Source of the DNA: Eledone cirrhosa
Taxonomy: Eukaryota
NCBI GenBank assembly: GCA_964016885.1
Contig: OZ024742.1
Location: 67,704,001-67,768,000, forward strand
Direction of reading: 5' to 3'
DNA length: 64,000 nucleotides
The notes under the pieces were generated by a model. It was not told the DNA's origin. It did no database searches and was given only the letters and a program-made list of their open reading frames with translations. Shown piece by piece: positions 47,254-60,639 of this stretch (positions within the stretch are counted from its first letter, which is position 1; each line of letters opens with the position of its first letter). A program made the position numbers and the translations under genes.

Positions 47254-47875
47254 GGTGAGAGCGGGTGAGAGAGGGTGAGAGAGGGAGAGGGAGAGGGGGA
47301 GGGCGACTGAGATTTATATACTTATACGAGCGGTAGCATTTGCCCCTTTACCATAGTTAACATAATTGGAATCAATGAATTCTGAATTGTGAGATTATTT
47401 CAACAACAAAAGATAGATATTTCTATCGTTCAACAGAGAGCAAAATATTTTAATATTTCATAGAAATATTAATCTTTGAACTAAAGAATTGTGTTTTTGT
47501 TGGTAAAATAACATTTCCTTCACAATAGATGGTTTTAGAAATTAACTTAACATCTATTATAAGCTTGTAATTGCATATTTGTAAGATATGTTAGGGACGA
47601 GGAGGGTGATGTTCATTTTGCCATAGAAACGTTAGATTAGGATTGCATTTCTGAGATATGTAGCTTCGCGAAAGCAATTGTTGTGTATTTATTTCAGTGA
47701 TGGAATTCAGTGATGTATTAGAGTCGGGTGAAATGAAACAATATTAACGAGGGGCAGAAAACGTAAACTTTAGAGTACTGTAATGACTTGAGATTATATT
47801 CCTGTATATATGTGTGTGTGTGCAGGTATGCTTGTGCTGGTGATTGCACGCATATATGTGTGTATATTTAAATAG

Positions 47876-47993
<118 letters not shown>

Positions 47994-48287
47994 TAAATTA
48001 TATCCATAGAATCATTTGATAAAATATATACACTATTTCCTCTTCCAATTACCATAATTAACCACATAAAAAAATCAATTAGACCAGGCTATAATAATAA
48101 AGGCTCCTATGATGAAATATTTGATAAATAAACAAAAGCAGCCTCTTCGCGGCCGACCGCAATAGAATATTTACCCATATTTCAACAGTATGTAGAAATC
48201 GACTAAATATACCATCAACCATACACAATTAGGTATAAATTTAATGTTAGAAGAAATGCGTACACTCTTACCGTCATTGTGTCCCTA

Positions 48288-48463
48288 TTGGCAGTATCGG
48301 TAGAGGGTCGGCCGCCATTACTTCCAGCATAGTTAAGTCCCATTACGGTCTGAGTTCAAATCCCGCCGAGGTTGACTTTGCCTTTCATCCTTACGGGGTC
48401 GATAAAATAAAGTACCAGTAATGCACCGGGTAATTGCTGGCCTTGTGCCTAAAGTACAAACAA
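48288..48463 (+). mobile_element. SINE family A inserted at the edge of a hammerhead, TSD ATT(G/A)TGTCCCTA
   Basis: Match to consensus; duplication at ~48277 and ~48463. Confidence 0.9.
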
Positions 48464-48465
48464 TT

Positions 48466-48548
48466 ATGTCCCTACCCTGGGGTTTCGTTCGCGTTTTGAG
48501 ATATCCTATTAAGGATAAATCTCGAGTATCGAACTCATCAGGAGACAC
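48466..48548 (-). ncRNA. Type I hammerhead ribozyme, canonical core, long stem II
   Basis: Reverse complement GTGTCTC-CTGATGA-GTTCG...GAGA..TATCCT(TAAT)AGGATA-TCTC...CGAAC-GAAA-CCCCAGGG-TA-GGGACAT; all three stems pair; GUA triplet. Confidence 0.88.
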
Positions 48549-48740
48549 ACTCATAGGACAATTAATTATCCAAAGCGATCCCCGCCAGAAATAGATTCAA
48601 AAATGGTTATGAATCGTGACGTGGCAGTGGTCAAGTTAGAAAGAATGTGATTCGTTGCTTACGGCGAGTGGGCTGGTTACTAGAAAGCGCAGCCCAATAT
48701 TGCCCAAATTGCATCTCAACCTATATATATATTTATATAT

Positions 48741-48742
<2 letters not shown>

Positions 48743-48822
<80 letters not shown>
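48743..48822. repeat. (GT)n microsatellite
   Basis: Direct reading. Confidence 0.97.
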
Positions 48823-48823
<1 letters not shown>

Positions 48824-49082
48824 CGCGTTTGTGTGTGTGTGTGTGAGAGAAAGAGAGTGCGTGTGTGGGGACGAAGCTCTGGCAGTAAGGACGAAGGTCT
48901 GGCAGATATTCAGATAGCAGCTAACACTTTCTATCTGGTTCCATGATTTTAAACTTTGACTGATTTTAGGAATTTAAATACGACCATTCTTATGTGTTAT
49001 GTGTGTGTATGGTTTATTTGTATATATGCTTATATCCTTTCATCAAAGACGTATTTATAATGTCTAAATATATTTTCCTATA

Positions 49083-49268
49083 ATAATTGTTTCTACTTTT
49101 GGCACAAGGCCAGCAATTAACCAGTGCATTACTGGTACTTTATTTTATCGACCCCGTAAGGATGAAAAGGCAAATTTAACCTCGACCGGATTTGAACTCA
49201 GAATGGCAAGGGCAGTAACTCTATGCGTCAAAGCATGGCGTCCGACCCTCTACCGATACTGCCAATCC
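49083..49268 (-). mobile_element. SINE family A
   Basis: Match to consensus. Confidence 0.9.
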
Positions 49269-49814
49269 AAATGTTTGGTTGTCCGTTTCTACTCATAAAT
49301 GGTCTCACACACAAAAAAAGCAGACATGATCACAGGCACAAACACATTTTCATGTAACATATCCCCTCTTACTAACTCCATAAATGTCTAAATAGTTTTC
49401 GAGCCCCATGTCCTTTCTATTTCTAAGATAGTGGAGAATCAACTACAGCCTTGTTTATTGTTTTCTTTCTCACCTAAACAACATCTCCCTTGAGTGTATG
49501 TCTAGTTTACTCTCCAATTAATTGTTAGCGTCAGAAAATTAAATATTGTGATATAAATTATTTTAATCTTCATACTAATATACCATTATTGCAATGTGTG
49601 AGATTGTGTGAGTGTGTGAGGGCATGTGAGTCACTGAGTGTATGTATACACGTGTGGGCAAATTACTGTATAGGTTAGCATACGTATGTATATATGTGAA
49701 ATTACAGCAGCAATGTCCCAGTTTTAAACAAGTTTAAACGCATTAATTAACTGATACAGCTGGATCTAACTAAAAGAATGTTTACAGCATGAAATATGGG
49801 GAATTACAAATAAT

Positions 49815-50031
49815 GGTTTTTTATATAGGCACAAGGCCAGTAATTTGGGTGGAGGGGAAATTCGATTAAATCGACCCCCAGTGCTTGACTGGTACCTTAT
49901 TTTATCGACCCCATAAGGATGAAAGGCAAAGTTAACTTAAGCGGGATTTGAACTCAGATCATAAAGAGCCGTAAATCTATGCTGCAAAGCATGGTGTCCG
50001 ACCCTCTACCGATACTGCCAATCCCCTGCCC
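49815..50031 (-). mobile_element. SINE family A (long variant), TSD GAATT(A/T)CAAATAAT
   Basis: Match to consensus plus flanking duplication. Confidence 0.88.
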
Positions 50032-50150
50032 TCGAGAATTTCAAATAATAGAAGTAATTTAGTATCACCAACATAAACTCCAAACGTATTAAATGTGATG
50101 AGACGGGGATGAGGGTAACATTACCAAGCGAACCTCATATATTACAATAA

Positions 50151-50338
50151 TTGTTTCTACTTTTGGCACAAGGCCAGCAATTATCCCAGTACATTAATGG
50201 TACTTTATTTTATCGACCCCGTAAGGATGAAAGGCAAAGTTAACCTCGGCAGGATTTGAACTCAGAATGGCAAGGTTCGTAACTCTATACGCCAAAGCAT
50301 AGCGTCCGACCCTCTACCGATACTGCCAATCCACTGCC
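50151..50338 (-). mobile_element. SINE family A, TSD CCTCATATATTA(C/G)AATAAT
   Basis: Match to consensus plus flanking duplication. Confidence 0.9.
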
Positions 50339-50468
50339 CTCATATATTAGAATAATGCCTCTATATAAATCTTACAGCTGCAAATGTTTAAATAACACGT
50401 AGATATAGATATAGTAAGAGAGAGATACATGTTACATAATCACATATATAATGTCTATATATATATGT

Positions 50469-50571
<103 letters not shown>

Positions 50572-50947
50572 AATTTTAATGTATCACAGCATATTTACTA
50601 TATATGATGCTTGTATTTCTCTGTGGAAATGCTGAATGGACATGTGTCCAGAGCATTAATTATTCAAATTAAGAGACATATTTATAGAGAGAGGGGGAGA
50701 AATTGACATATATCGTTTTGAGAACGACAAAGGATTTTGTACATATATAAAGCACATGATATTTATAAAAATAGGAACTTCAGGGTGGGAAAGGTTTTTT
50801 CCTTATGGACCAGTTCATTATTCGAAAACCATAAAAAATCGATCTCAATAAACGATCATCGATCACCACGTAACTATTTGGTAAGCTACGGGAGGTGCGA
50901 ATCAATCCTCAGAGGAATTTCATCTTTAAATAAAGATTCAATAGAGT

Positions 50948-53570
50948 ATAACTTTGATAACTTTGATAGGTTTCGGCCATATTGACCCAGGCCATGTCTA
51001 ACTTAATAGCACCACCTGGCGAAGTCTTACAATCAGGGTTTGGGCACCATGGTCCCCTCGAGCAGAGAGTTATTGTTTATCGAGGCGTATCCGGGTGTAG
51101 GAGGCTTATGCGGCATTTCTTGAAGGAATTTGTCCAAAGACTTCTTGAACTTGATGGGGTCTGTTTCTGTTTTGATGTGTTTTGGTGTTATGTTAAAGAG
51201 AACAGGGCCAATTGAGGTGAAATAATTGTGCTGTATTGTTGTCATGAGATGCGAGTGAGATTTTTGTCATGGGCGGATAAGTACGGGTGTACATTAAAGG
51301 TGATGTCAACATCATTTGGGAAGGGCTGATGGAATAGTTTCCACATCATGCAGATAATGTAGCGCTCGCGACGACGTTGGAGAGAATAAAAGTTGAGCTT
51401 TTCTAATCGACCCCAATAGTCAAGGCCTGTCATGCCATCTATCTTTTTTGTAATCGATCTTTCGGGTGCTTCAACTTTCATGATACTTTGTTTCGTGTGG
51501 GGAGACCACAGTGTACAACAGTATTTAAGGTGGGGTCGGGAAAAAGTGGAGAAGAGAAGGATAACAGTGTGGATATCTTTCGACTGGAAGGTTCTGAGAA
51601 TCCAGGAACACATTCTGCAGGCCATTTCAACTTTGCTGTTTATATGAGTGGCCCAACTTATGTTGTTGTCCACAATTACTCCCAGGTATCTGATGTTGTT
51701 GGATACCACTATAGTTTCTCCCGAAGGAGGAGAGTATGGTAGTTTCAGGGCATCCTTTTTTCCAAAGTGGATTAATTCAAACTTTGGAGCTTGGAATCAT
51801 CTGCGAAGATTCTTATGTTGCTGTGCTTGGTGATGTCATTAATGTCATTAATGTAGATGATGAAAAGAAGTAGGCCCAACACAGTATCCAGTGGGGCACC
51901 ACTGCTGACTTTGGCAGGGTTTGATTTTACTCCTTCGACTACAACATGTTGGGTTTTGTCTGTCGGGAAACATTTGATCCACTGTAGTAACTTTCCAGAG
52001 ACACCAACATTGGATAGTTTTTTCAGTAGAATCTTATGATCAGCCCTGTCAAAGGCCTTGCTGAAATCAAGGTAGCTGGCATCAGTGTTGGAGCCCTCTC
52101 CCCAGGCTCTCAAAACATCGTCAAAGTGATGCAGGAGCTGCGTTAGGCAGTCCCTTCCATTACGAAACCCATGTTGGTTGGAGTTCAAGAAAGTGGGTTA
52201 TTCGTGATCTCACCACCCTCTCAAATCACCACCTTGATAATATGAGAGGTGAGTTATATCGGACGGTAGTTCACTGTAAGGGACTTATTCCTCTTTTTGA
52301 AGACTGGGACAACGGACTGGGACAGAAATTTTTCAGGAATATAGCCAGTATCCAGTGAGTTCCTACACAGATTAGCAATAGGAGATGCAATTTGGTGTCG
52401 ACACACCTTCACGATACAAGCAGGGAACCTGTCGGGGCCTACTGCGGAATTGTGTTTAATTTCGTTTATTGCCGCAAAGATATCAGGGAAGCCAAACGTT
52501 ATGTCCGATATAGTGTGTTGGGGATTAACATCACCGATACAACCCAGATTGGCCATATCAGGATTGCTGAAAACAGAGCAGTATTGTTTCTGCAGTATCT
52601 CGCTCATGGTTTTGGCATTATCTTGGAGTGTGCCATTTTCATCAACTAGACGGCCAACAGTGGAGACAGTAAATGAAAAGTAAATGAAAAGAATACTTTG
52701 GGGTTGAGTTTGTAAATGAAAAGAATACTTTGGGGTTGAGTTTAAATTTCTCAATGGCACATCTCTCTTCAGCTATTCTCTGGTTATTGATGATGGACAT
52801 CATGCATTATTGGAGGTTATATTTCTTTGATTTAAGCAGCACGATAGCCGTCTAATGTTTGTGTTGCTGTTGGGTGTATGTTAGTGTGTTAATTATTTTG
52901 TTTGTTCTTTTTGTTTTTCTGATAATTGTTTTTCTGTTTTGGGGGATACTGCACTTAGTTTTGTTCACAGGTTTTGGTGGGAGTGTGTTTTGTACATATA
53001 TTTGTGACAGTGTCTACAAAGATATGCCAAGATGTGTTGATGTTGGTGGAAATGTGTGCGTATGTAAAAGACCAGTCAACATGTGATAGTTGGTTCATAA
53101 TTGCATCCCAGTTGGTATTGTAGAGATCCATGTTATCAAGTGGATGGGCTGGAAAGAGGTCCCTAGAATTAGCTTTCGGCTGGTGGAATCTCAGGTTATA
53201 AAGAACCATGTCATGGTCTGAGAGAAGGGTTTTTTCCACTGTAATATTATGCATAGTGTTAGTGTGGTTACTAAACACTAGATCCAGAATGTTCTTCTGA
53301 AGCTTTGTTGGTGCAAGGACAAGTTGGGACAAGAAAAACTCATTCATGAAGTCAAGAAGTGACTCGACTGCTCCTTTGTCAGTGGTTGAGGCTGGAGTGC
53401 CTGGTTTCAAACTGATTGTAGACACAGGGTAGATTAAAGTCTCCCATCAAAAGTATGTTGCTAGATGGCACTATTGAATAAAGCATTTAATGCTGTTGAG
53501 GCATTCTTTGAAGCAGATTATGGGTGTTTGTGGTGGCCTATAGAGCCCATGTGGTGGCTTATAGCGCCCA
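50948..53570 (-). mobile_element. 5'-truncated CR1/Jockey-group LINE (APE C-terminus plus RT), degraded
   Basis: ILDLVF..SDH; NYRPI; QHGFRNGRDCLTQLL; YLDFSKAFD; IYIND; FADD; RYLGV; LQRRRERY. Tandem TATCAAAGT tail at the 3' end. Confidence 0.9.
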
Positions 53571-54434
53571 AAATACAGTACAAAATACTTTTATATCTGC
53601 CGGCTCCTCGATTTAGGCCTGCATTATAGACAGCCTCGTGTAAGGAAGTTTAAACTGTGGCGACAGATATAAATAGGACTGAACGTATTGATGCTCTGGA
53701 CAAATGTCCATACAGCTTTTATACAGAAAAACACAAGCGAAATACATAGTATATATGTTGTGATACCGTCATTATTACGCGTAGAAGTGTGTGCTTGTGT
53801 GTATGCACACATACTCATACACATGTAAGCTAGTATAGAGGTAAATATTCATATTTACGTGATGCGTGCGTATACATAAGTAAACGCGCTGAGTCAGTTA
53901 AATAGAAGTACGGCAGTGATACATACATGTATGTTGTTGCTTCCCATGCCATATATGTTTTCACAGATATTAGCTAAGTGTTTTCAGAGAACGGGACTGT
54001 AGGAGAAAGCATTACGAAAATAAAGCCAGTGAAACAGTTAACTCTAGAACACAAGGGTCAATACTGACCCTCAATAAGATAAACCAAGGAGGGGAAAAGA
54101 TTGAGATAAAGTAAAGGAGAGGTGAATAGATTGCTAGATAGAGATACATCTCTCTCTCTTTCTTCCTCTCACTTTCTCTCTCTCTATCTCGCTCCTTATA
54201 TATATGTATATATATATATATAAAATTCAGCGAGAATCGCATTTCGGCGGGTAGAAAAAGCGAAACGAAACGCAAAATCTGAGTTATGCTGGCAAGCGCT
54301 CCATAGTTAAAAAAACACAGCTAAACATATATGTTAAAACGCCATACAAAACTGAAAAAGTGGTCAAGAAGGCATTAACCACCTAAGCCAAAAAACAAGT
54401 CAAGCTATACAGGCCAAATAAAATAAATGATAAA

Positions 54435-54498
<64 letters not shown>

Positions 54499-54782
54499 TA
54501 TATACACATACATATATAACCGTCCTGGACCCATTGGAATTGATAGTAAAATCCAAATGAAGGGTTTCTATGACACCTAAATCAATAATACTGTCTGCTT
54601 AAAACTATAAGCTTTTGATATAATGATCGAACAAGGAATATCACGTTATCAACAGGTATTTTGCTCTCCGCAAACTTTGTGAATGACACAAGGCTTTGTA
54701 AAAGCATATGCGTAACACACACAAACATATATATATATACATGATATTAAATAAATGGAAACTATATTTATAGAACCATATT

Positions 54783-54847
54783 TATTTTATTATATATATT
54801 TCAAGGGCAACGAAGCCAACCTTGGTGCGCTTTCATCAGATAAAATA
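54783..54847 (-). ncRNA. Type I hammerhead ribozyme (sense arm of the PLE)
   Basis: Reverse complement TATTTTAT-CTGATGA-AAGCGCA..TGCCCTT-GAAA-TATATA-TA-ATAAAATA. Confidence 0.82.
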
Positions 54848-57800
54848 CAAAATTTGTTTTATAAATAAAGACATACCCATGAAGATTCAACCTTATCGGT
54901 CGGAAATTCAGTGGATAGTGGAAAACATATTAGGGAATATTCAAAGTTATCTATGAATATGCAAATGAATGTGTAAAAAATTGAAAAATCAACCGTTTAT
55001 TTAAATGACGCTGGGGAAAGAGAGAGAGAAATAATATTAATATTATGAGATAGAAAGAGAGATGAAATTTATAAAAGGATGAATAATATCGTAAATAAGT
55101 TTTAAGTTTATATCCACTAATGGTATATATATTTACTATTATTAATTTGTTAAAATTCATTTCTAATATAATATAATATAATATTTGCTATTATAAGTAG
55201 ATAGAAAAAATACATATATAAAATAAATATATATAAAAAATATGTTTAAAAATAAGTTGAAAAATAAATAAATAGATACAAGAATCAATAGATATAAAAA
55301 TAGATAGATAGAAAAATAGATATATGAATTGATAGATGTGTATATCTTGTTATATATAATTGTTTTAATGAGCTATGAGGGATATTGGTTTATCTTTATT
55401 ATAAGTAATTAAGTTAACTGAGTTAATAATAATATTTATATATTTTAAATGCTATAAATTGGGAAGATACGGAAAGAATCACCAGTTTTGTTTGTGTATT
55501 AGTTAGTATGATACCATTTTGTCAAAGATATAAATGTTGAATGATATATGTAGCCTGAATTAGTTATTGGTTATAAAACTAATAATAGATATTAAACATT
55601 TTTTATTAAAAGATATTAAAAAATACTTTAAAAATACTTTTAAAACATTTTAAAACATTTTTAAAATATTTAAATATCTAAAAAATATTTAAAAAAATAT
55701 GTTAAAAAAATATTTTTAAAAGAAATTTTAAAAATACTTTAAAAATACTTAAAAACATACTTAAAAATGATTTAAAAAAACAATTAAAAATATTCAAAAA
55801 ATTCAAAATCCTTAAAACATCTTAAAAAAAGATTTAAAAAAAGTTTTTTAAAAATTTCTTGAAAAAACTTAAAAATTATTAAAAAATATCTTATACGAGG
55901 TAAGTAGATTTAAAAAAAAAAATAATAATTTAAAAAAAAAATAATTTCTTTTTTATTAAGTAATTTTTAAATATATGAAATATTTTGGAAATAAAAAGTA
56001 ATGAATAATGAAAAGGAATATTTAAGAAGTAAAGAATAAAAAATAAAAAATAAAAAATAAAAAATAAAAATAAAAACTAAATAATAACGAATTAAAAAAC
56101 CTTAAAAAATATTAAAATTAAAGTTAAAATTAAAAATTGAAATTTAAAAATTTTAGGATCCAATATGTATATAATTTAAGATGATTTATCTAGTGAAGTT
56201 ATAAGAAGTGAAACTATAGCAAACAATATATGGAAATAAGTAGAAATATTATAGATGTAATTATAATTTATATATAGTTCTAAATGTTGAATTTAGGCGA
56301 TGTTTACAAGAACTAAATAAATTCGTACGTATATTAATAGAGTTCTTACATTTAAGTATGAAGAAAATTTCAATACACAATTTGCAAGATCTAGTAAAGC
56401 TGTGTTTCGGTAGGCGGGTGCTTTTGAAATTATTTCCCAAGTTAAAGAATAGTCCGTATTTTGGGATTTTAAGTTCCATATCAGGTTTGATAGAGAAGTT
56501 GAAGATTGTTTACCAATATTATAAAACGAGCATTTGTGATTATTAAAACGAGTTTTAAAGTCTGTAGAAGTTGAACCTACATAGTTAAATATATTATCAA
56601 TGGTTTTGACTGAGCATTTATAGACCACATCCTTATCTAAGCACTTATTTTTTAAAGGTCAGTTTGATTTAATTCTACAATTACATTTTGCGGAGTTGAT
56701 GTTATTCGGAACAGTATTATTATGTTGGATATTGCTAATTTGGTTATGGATTTCTATTATTGATCTATTTATATTCTGTGCTAGGTTCGTAGTAGTAGAG
56801 TAATATAGTTTTATTGTATGTCTGTTAAAGATTGATTGATATCTATGGGCTTTAGGAAAACATTTATCTAGAGCTTTGAAGAATAGTTTAGCTAAAGGTG
56901 TTTTAACGCTTAATGAAAAAGGAGGTGAATACCAAATTATATTTCTAATTCTAACTCTTCTGTTAGTTTTAGAGTTTAAGGTTTTTTATTGTAATTATAA
57001 TTAATAGTAGGGTTATTTGCATTATCACTGTTGTCGATGTATTTAATCTTATTTATATAGCTATTTCATCTTATTTATATAGCTATTTAAAGCTTCATTA
57101 TAATATTCTGCCTTATCGTCAAAAATGTTTTTATTCGCGGAGATTCGAGAAATACGTTGTTGTATAGAATTTACAATAGTGTTCTTAATAGATCAAAATC
57201 CTTAAAACATCTTTAAAAAATCTTTTTTAAAGATGTTTTAAGGATTTTGAATTTTTTTAATATGTTTTAATTGTTTTTTATATATTTTTAAAGTATGGTT
57301 TTTAAGTATTTTTAAAGTATTTTTTAAATTGTTTTTTATATTTTTGAGATGTTTAAATATATTCAAAATGTTTTTAATGTTTTTTAAGTATTTTTTAAGT
57401 ATTTTTTAATATTTTTTAATAAAAAGATTTTAATATCTTTTATTAGTTTTATAACCAATAACTAATTCACGCTAAATATATCTTTCAACATTTATATCCT
57501 TGACAAAATGGTCTCATACTAACTAATAAACAAACAAAACTGGTGATTCTTTCCGTATCTTCCCAATTTATAGCATTTAAAATATATAAATATTATTATT
57601 AACTCAGTTAACTTAATTACTTATAATAAAGATAAACCAATATCCCTCATAGCTCATTAAAACAATTATATATAACAAGATATACACATCTATCAATTCA
57701 TATATCTATTTTTTTATGTATCTATTTTTATATCTATTGATTCTTCTATATATCTATCTTTCTATCTATTTATTTATTTTTCAACTTATTTTTAAACATA

Positions 57801-57881
57801 TTTTTCATATATATTTATTTTATATATGTATTTTTTCTATCTACTTACAATAGCAAATATTATATTATATTATATTATAAA

Positions 57882-58070
57882 AGGGCGGTGGATTGGCAGT
57901 ATCGGTAGAGGGTCGGACGCCATGCTTTGATGTATAGAGTTACGGCCCTTGCCATTCTGAGTTCAAATCCCGCCGAGTTTAACTTTGCCTTTCATCCTTA
58001 CGGGGTCGATAAAGTAAAGTACCAGTAATGCACCGGTAATTACTGGCCTTGTGCCAAAAGTAGAAACAAT
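57882..58070 (+). mobile_element. SINE family A inserted in the right arm only
   Basis: Match to consensus; ATTAT-repeat duplication on both sides; absent from the left arm. Confidence 0.9.
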
Positions 58071-58403
58071 TATATTATATTATATTAGAAATGAATTTTA
58101 ACAAATTAATAATAGTAAATATATATACCATTAGTGAATATAAACTTAAAACTTATTTATGATATTATTCATCCTTTTATAAATTTCATCTCTCTTTCTA
58201 TCTCATAATATTAATATTATTTCTCTCTCTCTTTCCCCAGTGTCATTTAAATAAACGGTTGATTTTTCAATTTTTTACACATTCATTTACATATTCATAG
58301 ATAACTTTGAATATTCCCTAATATGTTTCCCACTATCCACTGAATTTCCGACCGATAAGGTTGAACCTTCATGGGTATGTCTTTATTTATAAAACAAATT
58401 TTG

Positions 58404-58468
58404 TATTTTATCTGATGAAAGCGCACCAAGGTTGGCTTCGTTGCCCTTGAAATATATATAATAAAATA
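58404..58468 (+). ncRNA. Type I hammerhead ribozyme (inverted arm)
   Basis: Identical to the 54783-54847 motif; 8-bp stem I. Confidence 0.82.
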
Positions 58469-58600
58469 AATATGGTTTTATAAATATAGTTTCTATTTAT
58501 TTAATATCATGGAATATTTACTCCAGTAAACTGTTGAGTGCTCTAAATCAGTTATAAACATTTACGTTTGTCGGAATTTCAACAAATTAAATACAACTTC

Positions 58601-58662
<62 letters not shown>

Positions 58663-58671
58663 TATATAAGA

Positions 58672-58866
58672 AAAAGTATGACCCCGACGGCAGAGCTCAA
58701 GCCGTTTCGACGGCTATTTCTAGACCCAGAGTCCAGAAATAGCCGTCGAAACGGCTTGATCTCTGCCGTCGGGGTCATACGTTTTCCTATTTCCCACTCT
58801 ACTACCGTAAGTATTGAGTACTCTGGTGCGTTATGATCCATCTGGTTCATTACCACAATTCCTTTG

Positions 58867-58868
<2 letters not shown>
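58672..58868. mobile_element. Fold-back dispersed element (same family as 43092-43266)
   Basis: Hairpin at 58676-58780 plus a one-sided tail; TA flanks. Confidence 0.8.
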
Positions 58869-58965
<97 letters not shown>

Positions 58966-59047
58966 AATATATATATATGTAAATATATATATATATAGTA
59001 ATAATAATAAATTTGAAGTGATTCTTTGCTTAAACTTTAATCTGTTA

Positions 59048-59166
<119 letters not shown>

Positions 59167-59703
59167 GTATTTGTATGTCTTCATACTTTGTTCATCCTCT
59201 TTAGATTGCAGTTCGCTGCTGGGGAAATTACACTCTAAGAGAACTAATAGATTTCTGGACATGCTCCAACGTAATAGTGACGTTTACCTCACAGCGTATA
59301 TCTAATGGCATCTCATAGAAGTACAGGAAATTGATTAAAATTATTGATATTCTGTTCATTCGAAACATATAGTCTAGCAAAGCACTAAACCATCACCAAC
59401 ACTGTCAACGTCAATATCTAGACGATAATACAGTTATTTGAATCCATGTTCAATAATTTATCAAATGTGACATGAAAGAGTTGGAAGTAAGAATGTTGCA
59501 AAAACATTGAATAAAATTGTAGTTGTTAGCTGCCATTTATTTCGTATGGAGATATTTTCTTGTGGTCTTTGGCAAATATTTCTAGATAATTCCGCTTTCA
59601 CACGTTCTTTTTATCACACACACATACATACATAAAGCAAAATAAACATACACGCAGTCATAAACATGCGTTGCTGCATTTACACATAGACATACAGGTT
59701 CAA

Positions 59704-59742
<39 letters not shown>

Positions 59743-59959
59743 TATCCATAAATCTGTATGTCTATCTTTCTATCACACACACAGACACACACACAGACAC
59801 ACACACAGTTACATTCATGTGTATTAACAGTAGTACAGATAAAACGTGATTCTGAAATGAGGAAATATGTTATATGTACACCATGAAATGTTTTCCTAAA
59901 TATATGTTAGCCATACCTTTTGCTTATATTGATGTTAAACGAACTACGTGTAATACACT

Positions 59960-60570
59960 GAGGTCGAATTTCACCCTCCCTGAAAATGTTTGGCCTTGCA
60001 AAGCAAAACAAATTCAAGCTTTCTAGCCACGATAAAATAGTCGCACACGATCTTATATTGTTCGTTGTCAGCAATCCTTTCCAGTTCGTGCTCATACCAT
60101 TTCTCCCTTCATACTGATAACAGAGCTTCCAGTGAACCAATCTGGCAATGGTGTCGTGCCTTCACTTGTACACTTTCTGAACAAGCATCTTACATTCATT
60201 ATCAATGTAGTTTATTCTTTTACCTTTCTCACCACATAACCTACAAAATGAGAAATTCCCTGACTTGTCAATATTGAACTTGATGTAGTTCGTTCTCAGT
60301 GCCTGTTCCTGGGCAGTGCCTGTTCCTGGGCTTCAGTTTAAACTTTTAAATCGCTTTTCCTAGTCCATTAGTAGTTCTTATATGCGTCAGCTGTCACAGG
60401 CATTTCACGCAATAATTGACCGTACATTTTTTTCTTTCCACTTATTCAAGATGGCATCCACTCTGTCCTGTTAAATTTCTCCATTTTCCTTTGATTTATC
60501 ACTGCTTAGGACTTTTATTTTTCTTACTTGTGTCATCAATCTCTCCCTTGAATTTTTTTTTTATACATTC
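59960..60570 (-). mobile_element. R4/Dong-like (RLE-type) non-LTR retrotransposon C-terminal fragment
   Basis: Minus-strand translation: AQEQALRTNYIKFNIDK..CRLCGEK..EC..YK*RHDTIARLVHWKLC..KWYEH. Confidence 0.8.
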
Positions 60571-60639
60571 TGGTAAGTATAAGTTGACAGGGGGCGGTCG
60601 TCAACAGCAGGTGGTGGTGGTGGTGGTGGTGGTGGTGGT

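Larger units (their letters stand above)
54740..58600 (-). mobile_element. 5'-truncated Penelope-like element (probably Hydra clade) with a ~1.1-kb inverted copy of its 3' UTR
   Basis: Minus strand 56261-57190 encodes IQQRISRIS..YNEAL, RNIIWYSPPFS, CNCRIKSN*PL, VVYKC..YVGST..FKTRFNNH and CKLC..CKH. 54740-55843 is inverted at ~57211-58511. TA flanks. Confidence 0.9.

Noticed and set aside
58415-58451. SECIS-like ATGAA...TGAA overlapping the hammerhead
   Set aside because: Only 8 nt separate the core from the AA motif (about 11-12 expected); the GA pairs are explained by the hammerhead core
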